From: Nitrospirota bacterium
GTDB taxonomy: Bacteria; Nitrospirota; UBA9217
NCBI GenBank assembly: GCA_963751455.1
Contig: CAVVUN010000002.1
Location: forward strand, 288,001 to 352,000
Direction: 5' to 3'
DNA length: 64,000 nucleotides
Both the position numbers and the translations under genes were made by a program. Of this stretch, positions 56,363 through 64,000 are shown piece after piece (within the stretch, counting starts at the first letter, position 1; each line of letters starts with the position of its first letter). The notes beneath the pieces were generated by a model, which saw nothing but the letters and a program-made list of their open reading frames with translations, was not told the origin of the DNA and ran no database searches.

Positions 56363-56395
56363 ATTCTTGACAAAATTGGTCAAGTTTGATATTGT
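56363..56395 (+). promoter_or_regulatory. IscR type-1-like operator overlapping a sigma-70 promoter
   Basis: CTTGAC-N7-GTCAAG palindrome; TTGACA-N17-TATTGT. Confidence 0.75.
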
Positions 56396-56471
56396 GGTCC
56401 TAATCGATGATGAGGATAGATTAAGTCCTGTTTACCGTCGTTAATAAGTACCGGTCTATTATCCGGCGAGT

Positions 56472-56936
56472 ATGAAACTATCAACTAAAGGAAAATACGG
56501 TGTACGCGCGGTATTCGAGATCGCCCGGCACTATGGAAAAGGACCTATCACGATCAAGGAGATCGCTGAAAGGCAGGGCATTTCCTTTTCCTACCTGGAG
56601 CAGATCCTGCATCGCCTGGGCAAGGCCGGGCTGATTGACAGTGTACGGGGCCCGTCCGGAGGGTACCTGCTGGCGAGGACCCCGACCAAACTGACGATCG
56701 GGGACATCGTCCGGGCGCTGGAAGGCCCGATCGCCCTGTCCCATTGTCTTGAGCCGGGTGATTCGGGCGATTGTAACCAGGCGGATGATTGCGTGGCGCG
56801 TATGGTATGGGCGAGAGTAGGGGCAAAGATCGAGGAGGCTCTCGACGGGATCAGCTTTAACGATTTGCTTCACCAACAGCAGGAAGGGCTGAAACCGAAG
56901 AAAAAGCTGCTAACCGCAGGGAAGGGAGGATGTTGA
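56472..56936 (+). CDS. iscR: Rrf2-family regulator (IscR-like)
   Basis: MKLSTKGKYG, YLEQ, SVRGPSGGY, three Cys; precedes iscSU. Confidence 0.85.
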   Translation: MKLSTKGKYGVRAVFEIARHYGKGPITIKEIAERQGISFSYLEQILHRLGKAGLIDSVRGPSGGYLLARTPTKLTIGDIVRALEGPIALSHCLEPGDSGDCNQADDCVARMVWARVGAKIEEALDGISFNDLLHQQQEGLKPKKKLLTAGKGGC

Positions 56937-56937
56937 A

Positions 56938-58122
56938 ATGAGGAAAGTTTATCTTGATCATTCGGCCACAACGCCGGTCCACCCAAAGGTGCTTGAAGCG
57001 ATGTTGCCCTATTTCTCGGTCAAATTCGGCAATCCCTCAAACCTGCATGACGTCGGAAGGGAAGCGAAGAACGCAATCGAGGAAGCCCGCGCTAAAACGG
57101 CTGCGCTCATCGGTTCGAGTCCTGACGAGATCTTTTTTACATCGAGCGGCGCAGAGTCGAACAATTTCGCGATTAAAGGTCTGGTCCAGGCAAACAGCCA
57201 AAAGGGCAATCATATTATTGTTTCTCAGATCGAACATTTTTCAGTCCTTCATCCAGCTAAGACGCTCGAAAAAACAGGCTTCAAAGTAACCTATATAGAG
57301 ACTGACAAGACCGGTCTGATTGATCCAGGCGATGTAGCGAAGGCAGTTACAAAGGAGACAATTCTTGTTTCCATAATGCATGCCAACAACGAAATCGGGA
57401 CGATAGAGCCGATCGAGGATATCGCTAAAATTACAAAGGAGAGAGGTGTACTCTTCCATACAGATGCCGTTGCGTCCGTGGGATGGGTTCCGGTGGACGT
57501 GAAAAAACTCGGTGTGGACGCTCTTTCACTCGCCGGCCATCAGTTTTATGGTCCGAAAGGATCGGCGGCCCTGTACGTGCGCAAAGGGGTAAGAATCAAA
57601 CCGCAGCTCGAGGGCGGAATCCAGGAAGACGGCAGACGAGCGGGCACGGAGAATGTTCCTGCGATCGTGGGTCTGGGCCGGGCCGCCGAACTGGCTGCCG
57701 CCGAAGTCGGGCATCGTGTAACGTATCTCGCATCTCTTCGGGATCGTCTTCAGACCGGTCTTGCGGCCAAGATAGAGCAGATGATCGTGAACGGGCATCC
57801 GACACGCAGGCTGCCCCATAATTTGAACGTCTCAATGTGGTATGTTGAGGGAGAATCGATGCTCCTGTTCCTGAACATGGCCGGAGTATCGGTCTCGAGC
57901 GGTTCTGCCTGTACGTCCCGGGCACTGAAGGCTTCGCACGTTCTGGTTTGTATTGGAACGGATGCTGCCGTGGCGAACGGAACGCTGCTGATGACGCTCG
58001 GCATGGGCAATACAGCGGAAGATATCGACTATGTGATAGAGAAGCTGCCTCCTATCGTGCAACGACTTCGGGAGATGTCGCCTCTCTATGAGGACATGAT
58101 GAAAAAAGAAAAAGCTCGATGA
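56938..58122 (+). CDS. iscS: Cysteine desulfurase
   Basis: YLDHSATTP, NNEIG, HTDAV, SSGSACTS; PLP-lysine position reads GHQFYGPKG. Confidence 0.88.
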   Translation: MRKVYLDHSATTPVHPKVLEAMLPYFSVKFGNPSNLHDVGREAKNAIEEARAKTAALIGSSPDEIFFTSSGAESNNFAIKGLVQANSQKGNHIIVSQIEHFSVLHPAKTLEKTGFKVTYIETDKTGLIDPGDVAKAVTKETILVSIMHANNEIGTIEPIEDIAKITKERGVLFHTDAVASVGWVPVDVKKLGVDALSLAGHQFYGPKGSAALYVRKGVRIKPQLEGGIQEDGRRAGTENVPAIVGLGRAAELAAAEVGHRVTYLASLRDRLQTGLAAKIEQMIVNGHPTRRLPHNLNVSMWYVEGESMLLFLNMAGVSVSSGSACTSRALKASHVLVCIGTDAAVANGTLLMTLGMGNTAEDIDYVIEKLPPIVQRLREMSPLYEDMMKKEKAR

Positions 58123-58132
58123 GGAGGATTAT

Positions 58133-58561
58133 ATGGAACAGTACAGTTCGAAGGTGATGGAGCATTTTGCGCAACCCCATAACGTCGGTGAAATTCCTGA
58201 TGCGGACGGTGTGGGCACTGTAGGGAATCCCGTGTGCGGCGACGTCATGCGGCTCTACATAAAGGTCGAAGGCAATGTGATAACGGATGCAAAGTTCAAA
58301 ACGTTCGGCTGCGGCGCAGCGATCGCGACGAGCAGCATGGTCACGGACCTGGTTAAGGGCAAGAGCATCGAAGAAGCGCTCAAGATTTCCAATGCAGCAG
58401 TCGCGGAAGCATTGGGAGGACTGCCCAAGGTAAAGATGCACTGCTCGGTTCTGGCAGAAGAGGCGCTCAAGTCCGCGCTCAACGATTATTATAAGAAAAA
58501 AGGGATTGCTTCGCCGGTAAAAATGCCTGCTGAATCAGGACATGAACACGACATGGAATAA
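58133..58561 (+). CDS. iscU: Fe-S scaffold IscU/NifU-N
   Basis: GNPVCGD, KTFGCG, KMHCS. Confidence 0.94.
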   Translation: MEQYSSKVMEHFAQPHNVGEIPDADGVGTVGNPVCGDVMRLYIKVEGNVITDAKFKTFGCGAAIATSSMVTDLVKGKSIEEALKISNAAVAEALGGLPKVKMHCSVLAEEALKSALNDYYKKKGIASPVKMPAESGHEHDME

Positions 58562-58608
58562 TCGAATGCGGATTCTGACAACGGGAATCTGCTTCAGGGG
58601 AAGGTTTT

Positions 58609-58851
58609 ATGGACAGTAATGAAATTAAACCGGACGAAATACTGGACTGCGTCGGGATAGCATGCCCCCTGCCGATTTTCAAGACCTCCACCAGGATAAA
58701 GGATATGAAGCCGGGACAGGTACTTGAAATTCAATCCGATGACGACGGCATCCAAAAAGACATGCCTGCCTGGTGCAAACTCACCGGACACGAATTCGTC
58801 GGCATTATCAAGAAGAACAATGAGTATCGTGTGTATGTTCGTAAGAAGTAG
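58609..58851 (+). CDS. tusA: Sulfur carrier TusA family
   Basis: LDCVGIACPLP, DMPAWC. Confidence 0.9.
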   Translation: MDSNEIKPDEILDCVGIACPLPIFKTSTRIKDMKPGQVLEIQSDDDGIQKDMPAWCKLTGHEFVGIIKKNNEYRVYVRKK

Positions 58852-59054
58852 ACCAGTTTAGATTGTCCATGTCTCCCCGGCCCTATTTCGCTGTGATATA
58901 CTTCTTACAGAAGAAAACGAGCGTCCGGTCTGCGACATGCCGGCGGATCAGTTGGAAACGCATTTCGAAAGCAGCAAATCAAAACTATCAACCTTCGTTC
59001 GGATCACTAATTCAACAATGTAAAACAGAACGCTCGAGCCCTCATTAGTTCTTC

Positions 59055-60089
59055 ATGGATACTCGCTACTACACATACATGACGCTTCTCCTTGTCGCCA
59101 TCATGGTCGCGGTGCTCCTCGTTTTTCGCAGGATTCTGTTCGGAATACTAGGCCGAACGGGCCTGAAGGAAGGAGCCGGCGGCATTGTTGTGACTGCCTT
59201 GCAGGGGCCGTCGACCCTCCTGATTCTCGCTTTCGCGCTGTATCTGGTACTGCGCCTTTCCGACCTCCCGCAGGAGAAGGTTAATTATGCCGTAAGAGGC
59301 ATATATCTTTTTATTATCCTGACAGTAACCGCGGCCCTCGCCAACGTCAGTGGCCGCGCGCTTGCTTTTTTTCTAAAAAAAGTCGATCTCCCGATATCCG
59401 TTACCAGTCTTATTGATGCTGTAACAAAGGTGGCGGTTTACGCAGTCGGTATTCTGGTAATGCTTAACTTTGTAGGGGTTTCGATCACGCCGATCATCAC
59501 GGCGCTCGGCGTAGGCGGCCTGGCCATGGCGCTTGCGCTCCAGGACACGCTTTCGAACCTTTTCGCCGGAATCCATATTCTCGCTGAACATACGATCCGC
59601 ATAGGCGATTTTGTCCGTATTGAAAGCGAGCAGGAAGGCACAGTGGTTGATATTGGATGGCGTACAACGAGAATCCGTACACCTCAGAACAACATGGTAA
59701 TTGTACCGAACAGCAAGCTTTCGCAGAGCGTCGTGACGAATTATCATCTGCCCGAACACCGTGTTGCGATAGCGGTTCCGATCTCCGTCGGCTACGATAC
59801 CGATCCTGATCTTGTGGAGCGGGTGCTCAAAGAAGAGGCGGCAAAGGCCTCCGGAGAAATCGCGGGTCTCTTGAGAGAGCCGCCGCCGTCCGTATCCTTT
59901 GTTCCGGGTTTTGGCGCTTCTTCCCTTGATTTTACCCTTGTCTGCACTATCAGCAATTATCTGGAACAGCAGAGTGTGAGACATGAACTCCATAAACGCC
60001 TGTTCAAGCGATTCAAGCGCGAGAATATCACTATTCCTTTCCCTACACGGACGGTATATGTCAAAAACGCTGAATCGGAAAAACCGTAA
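59055..60089 (+). CDS. mscS: Small-conductance mechanosensitive channel
   Basis: GVGGLAMALALQDTLSN, IGWRTT, VPNS, IPFP. Confidence 0.92.
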   Translation: MDTRYYTYMTLLLVAIMVAVLLVFRRILFGILGRTGLKEGAGGIVVTALQGPSTLLILAFALYLVLRLSDLPQEKVNYAVRGIYLFIILTVTAALANVSGRALAFFLKKVDLPISVTSLIDAVTKVAVYAVGILVMLNFVGVSITPIITALGVGGLAMALALQDTLSNLFAGIHILAEHTIRIGDFVRIESEQEGTVVDIGWRTTRIRTPQNNMVIVPNSKLSQSVVTNYHLPEHRVAIAVPISVGYDTDPDLVERVLKEEAAKASGEIAGLLREPPPSVSFVPGFGASSLDFTLVCTISNYLEQQSVRHELHKRLFKRFKRENITIPFPTRTVYVKNAESEKP

Positions 60090-60122
60090 AAAGTGGACGT
60101 TCACTGCTTTCCGCTTTCCTGT

Positions 60123-60151
60123 TTGACAATGCAGAAACGATAGTTTATTAT
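60123..60151 (+). promoter_or_regulatory. sigma-70 promoter
   Basis: TTGACA-N17-TATTAT. Confidence 0.7.
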
Positions 60152-60171
60152 CTCGCAGTGAGAGGGATAGA

Positions 60172-61224
60172 ATGCAAACAATAGCTTCATTAAAAGAAGG
60201 CGACTGGGTAGAAGCGATCTACCTTGTCACATCAAAGCAGGTATCGACCGCAAAAAACGGCGTTACGTATCTATCGCTCAAGTTAGCCGATAAAACCGGT
60301 GAGATTGACGGCAAACTTTGGGACAATGCCGATGAGGCTGCCGGCAGATTCGAGCGTGAAGATTTCGTCAAGATCAAGGGTATTGCCGCTATTTACCAGG
60401 GTTCCATGCAGGTCAAAATGAAGACGATTGAAAAAATCGACGATGCCAAAGTCGATTTTGTAAATTTTATTCAGACCTCCACCCGAAATCTCGACGAAAT
60501 GGTACAAGAGCTCAAGACTGTGGCTTCGGGTATCTCAAACGTATACCTGAAACAGCTTCTCGAAGGTTTTCTGAACGACAACTCGTTCATGGAATCATTC
60601 AAGAGGACACCGGCCGCAAAAACGCTGCATCACAACTATATAGGCGGCCTGCTTGAACACGTGATCGAGTTGATCTCGCTGGCGCATGACGTCGCCCGGC
60701 ATTTCCCCTCCGTTGACAGGGATCTTGTGACAGCAGGAGCTTTCCTCCATGACATCGGAAAAACGCAGGAGCTCTCGGTCCGAAAATCCATCGAGTATAC
60801 CACCGAGGGCCGTCTGCTCGGCCACATATCCCTCGGGTATGAAATGATAACAGACAAGATCAAGGGAATTGCCGGCTTCCCGGCGGAACTCACGATGCTG
60901 CTCAAACACATCATGCTGTCGCATCACGGAGAATACGAATACGGTTCCCCGAAAAGGCCGAAGATCCAGGAGGCGATCATCATCAACTATCTGGACGACC
61001 TATCCGCAAAAATAAACAATTACCAGGCAACAATCAGGAAAGAGAACATTGCGGAAGGAGAGTGGACGAGCTTCAGCAAAATGCACGATCGCTATCTCTA
61101 CCGACAGTCGCAATGCGAGGGATCACCGTCAGTCCGCGAGCTCGAAGAGCGCTCTTCGGAGAAAAAAAAGGCGCCACTCAATACTGAGGCTGATTCTTCC
61201 GGCAAACTGCCGTTGGATATATAA
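60172..61224 (+). CDS. yhaM: OB-fold + HD 3'-5' exoribonuclease (YhaM family)
   Basis: DKTGEI, HHNYIGGLLEH, HDIGK, SHHG..EYGSP. Confidence 0.88.
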   Translation: MQTIASLKEGDWVEAIYLVTSKQVSTAKNGVTYLSLKLADKTGEIDGKLWDNADEAAGRFEREDFVKIKGIAAIYQGSMQVKMKTIEKIDDAKVDFVNFIQTSTRNLDEMVQELKTVASGISNVYLKQLLEGFLNDNSFMESFKRTPAAKTLHHNYIGGLLEHVIELISLAHDVARHFPSVDRDLVTAGAFLHDIGKTQELSVRKSIEYTTEGRLLGHISLGYEMITDKIKGIAGFPAELTMLLKHIMLSHHGEYEYGSPKRPKIQEAIIINYLDDLSAKINNYQATIRKENIAEGEWTSFSKMHDRYLYRQSQCEGSPSVRELEERSSEKKKAPLNTEADSSGKLPLDI

Positions 61225-61289
61225 TAAATGCAAGCGCACGAAATTCTAAGATCTAAATCCTAACCCGGACAAGCCGGAACCAAAACCGT

Positions 61290-61400
61290 TGAACCGCCAG
61301 GGCGCAATGGTCGCGAGGAAAGACTCAAACCAAATACTGGATTTTTAATATCAAAAACGTTTTCCGGTTTCCTCGCGTCCCTCGCGTCTTCGCGGTAAAT
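61290..61400. repeat. Inverted nonamer-type arrays
   Basis: AACCGCCAGGGCGCAATGGTCGCGAGG ... CCTCGCGTCCCTCGCGTCTTCGCGGT. Confidence 0.55.
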
Positions 61401-61494
61401 ATTTTCTTGCCTTTTTGAGAAGATTTTCACTCGTAACTGACTAAAGAGAGCCGGGGTTGGGCTTTAGTGTTTCGGATTCGGATATGGGGTAAAT

Positions 61495-62400
61495 ATGCTG
61501 GGTGTTTTTCGCAGCCTGACCGACGGTCTGGCTAAGACCAGAAAAAATATTTCCGATAAAATAGGCTCACTGATCCTTGGTGAGAAGATTGATGAAAGTT
61601 TTCTTGATGAACTCGAAGAAGCGCTCATCTCTGCCGACGTGGGAGCGGAAACAGCTTCCTTCGTTCTGAAAGACCTTAAAGAGCGCTTCAGCCGCAATGA
61701 ACTCTCGTCGGCTGTCGACATCAAGGAACGGCTCAGGAGGGTCCTCTTTGAGATATTGACGAAAGACAGTTCAAAACCAATTCTTACTGCGAACCCGGCC
61801 GTAATACTGGTTGTCGGTGTAAACGGTACGGGCAAGACGACCACCATCGGTAAACTCGCATACCGGCTGCATGCGGACGGAAGTAAAGTGATGCTTGCTG
61901 CAGCGGACACATTCAGGGCGGCCGCCTCAGAACAACTTTCTGTCTGGGGAGAGCGTGCCGGTATACCGGTCATTAAACACAAGGAAGGCGCTGATCCGGG
62001 CGCGGTTGTATTCGACGCGGTATCAGCAGCCAAGGCACGATCGGTCGATCTGCTTATTGTAGACACTGCCGGAAGACTCCATACGAAGTCTAATCTTATG
62101 GATGAGCTCAAAAAAGTTAAACGGATCCTGTCCCGGGAATTGCCGGGAGCGCCGCATGAAGTTTTCCTGGTTCTCGACGGAACCACGGGCCAGAACGGCC
62201 TGCTGCAGGCCCAGATGTTCAAAGAGGCTGTGGGCGTTACCGGTATTGTAGTCACCAAGCTTGACGGCACTTCAAAGGGCGGTATCGTGTTCGCCATCAC
62301 AAGGGAACTTTCCATCCCTGTCAGATTCATCGGCATCGGGGAAGGGATCGAGGATTTAAGGGAATTTGAACCCAAGGAGTTTGTGGAGGCACTGCTGTAA
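61495..62400 (+). CDS. ftsY: SRP receptor FtsY
   Basis: GVNGTGKTTT, DTFRAAA, DTAGR, TKLDG. Confidence 0.97.
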   Translation: MLGVFRSLTDGLAKTRKNISDKIGSLILGEKIDESFLDELEEALISADVGAETASFVLKDLKERFSRNELSSAVDIKERLRRVLFEILTKDSSKPILTANPAVILVVGVNGTGKTTTIGKLAYRLHADGSKVMLAAADTFRAAASEQLSVWGERAGIPVIKHKEGADPGAVVFDAVSAAKARSVDLLIVDTAGRLHTKSNLMDELKKVKRILSRELPGAPHEVFLVLDGTTGQNGLLQAQMFKEAVGVTGIVVTKLDGTSKGGIVFAITRELSIPVRFIGIGEGIEDLREFEPKEFVEALL

Positions 62401-62508
62401 ATGCGTCTGTTTGGTTTGTATGGGTTTATCTGGTTTGTTTGGTTAACAACTAGACAAACCAAATCAACTAAACAAACCTAAGAACGAGACAAATCATAAA
62501 ACAAAACC

Positions 62509-62790
62509 ATGGAGAGCGTTCAGGTAGAAATATTCGGCCAGGTATACAGTATAAAGGGCGGAGAAGACCCTGCCCATATCCGCAGTCTTGCAGCTTTTCT
62601 TGATGCAAAAATGCATGAAGTACAGAAAGGCACGGGTACAGCGGACCCCCATAGGGTCGCTATTCTAACCGCTCTTACCATTACCGACGAACTCTACAGG
62701 CTTCGTGAGAAGACAAAATCATTTGAAGTAACCGCGGAAAGTGCGCTGCATCGTCTTCTGGAGCTGACAGAATCCAAACCGGCAAAATAA
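62509..62790 (+). CDS. zapA: Cell division protein ZapA
   Basis: VEIFGQVY, LDAKM, AILTALTITDE. Confidence 0.9.
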   Translation: MESVQVEIFGQVYSIKGGEDPAHIRSLAAFLDAKMHEVQKGTGTADPHRVAILTALTITDELYRLREKTKSFEVTAESALHRLLELTESKPAK

Positions 62791-62970
62791 TCATGTGGCG
62801 GATGCGTCTTTGCGTAACTCGATGTAACGCACGGGAATCTCAAGCGTTGCGACGCATAAGCCTTTATAACTAAAAGGTTTTATTTGACAAGCACGCGGAT
62901 GTTACAGTTTTTTGTTCTTGCCATTTTTGGGCCATTCTGGTATAAAGTACACAGATATCAAAAGCGGAAT

Positions 62971-63148
62971 TTCCCCTGCTTTGCGCGTGATTGATATAAC
63001 TTGTTCCTCGTGAATTAAAAAAATAGGGAGCTGTCTCCGGGAAAGGGTGTGCAAGCCCAGGCAAGACTGGGAAGCCTGAACTTTCCTGTATGGCGCCCAC
63101 CTGGTTACGATCAGGAATCAAGTTAATCCACACGGCAAGGCGGGGGAT
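62971..63148 (+). ncRNA. ssrS: 6S RNA
   Basis: Downstream of zapA (typical synteny); 5' TTCCCCTGCTTTGC pairs with 3' GCAAGGCGGGGGA; about 180 nt; TTGCCA...TATAAA promoter just upstream. Confidence 0.75.
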
Positions 63149-63616
63149 CTTTAATATTTCTGAAAGCTCATCTTTATCGTATTCATCCAAATATTCATTT
63201 TTTTAAATTTTAATGTTTTCAGCGCATGAAAGGAGCTAAGGAAGGAAGGCTCCGGCGCTTGCGATAGTGTTATGTACTAGCGGCATTCTGAGGACGTACT
63301 ATCATCTCTGATTTGAAGTTTCCCGGCCTTCTCAGTTCCCGCACAAGATTGAAGATTGTAAACGAGCAGGACAGTAAACTTCGATAATGGGGAGAAGTGT
63401 TTGATACATATGCGGAAGGAATGGAAAGCCGGGGAACCGGTTTCTGCTAAATATGGACGCAACAATATGACACTATCAGCGACATATGAGGCCAGGGAAG
63501 AATTGCATTTTCCCGGATTCCCCGAACAACCACCCCGGATTTACTGGAACTGCACGTAGTATTTTCTTTTTTCTTGCACTATCACGCTCGCTCGCCCTCC
63601 TTGCTCAGTCATTCCA

Positions 63617-64000
63617 TTGGGTCTTAAAAATGTAAAAAAACCGGCCGCAGCTGAGCCTGCGCCCCCGGAACCGTTGGAACCGCCTCTTGCCTGGAGAATG
63701 AGGCCGCGCGATCTGTCCGAATTTGCAGGTCAACAGCACATTCTGGCTCCCGGGAAGCTTTTACGGAGATCGATCGAGACGGACCGGTTCATGTCGCTGA
63801 TCCTCTACGGTCCGCCGGGGACGGGAAAAACCGCGCTCGCGCACCTGATTGCCGAACGAAGCCGGGCATATTTCGTGTCGCTGAATGCAGTGACTGCGGG
63901 AGTTGCCGACATTCGCAAGACGGCACACGATGCAGCCCTTGAGCGAAGCGGGACCGGGCGAAGGACGCTTCTCTTTATCGACGAAATCCATCGTTTCACC
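63617..64000 (+). CDS. rarA: Replication-associated recombination protein A (3'-truncated by window)
   Basis: PLAWRMRP, GQQHIL, LYGPPGTGKT, LFIDEIHRF; absent from ORF track because there is no stop in the window; start uncertain. Confidence 0.9.
   Translation, partial: MGLKNVKKPAAAEPAPPEPLEPPLAWRMRPRDLSEFAGQQHILAPGKLLRRSIETDRFMSLILYGPPGTGKTALAHLIAERSRAYFVSLNAVTAGVADIRKTAHDAALERSGTGRRTLLFIDEIHRFT

Noticed and set aside
63200-63560. Possible small gene between 6S RNA and rarA
   Set aside because: Only a short open stretch with no convincing start or motif.

Overview
Chromosomal window from an anaerobic sulfur-metabolising bacterium. The gene content (reductive-style dsrABD-N-C, dsrT-MKJOP, MglA) suggests Nitrospirota or a delta-proteobacterium-like lineage; this is inference. 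1-14.1 kb holds two parallel acetate modules, each with a CBS/DUF294 nucleotidyltransferase, a DEDDh exonuclease, a small membrane protein, a sodium:solute symporter and acs. 14-24 kb holds a UxxC (selenocysteine) DsbA-like gene, a diheme peroxidase, fdhE, a three-layer nest of MITE/MITE/IS1380, and a small basic protein preceded by a four-unit repeated structured leader (best candidate for an undescribed RNA element). 24-38 kb is housekeeping (folA, uvrB, a stand-alone rpsD, vapBC, uvrC, ispDF, cysE) plus a MITE-broken four-helix-bundle gene. 39-51.5 kb is a full dsr cluster combining dsrD/dsrT with dsrHEF-like genes. 51.5-64 kb holds nfeD/SPFH, rsmD, coaD, iscRSU-tusA, mscS, yhaM, ftsY, zapA, 6S RNA and rarA. 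Many genes carry single-base frameshifts that look like sequencing/assembly errors. Coordinates were read by eye and family names come from motif recognition, not database searches.
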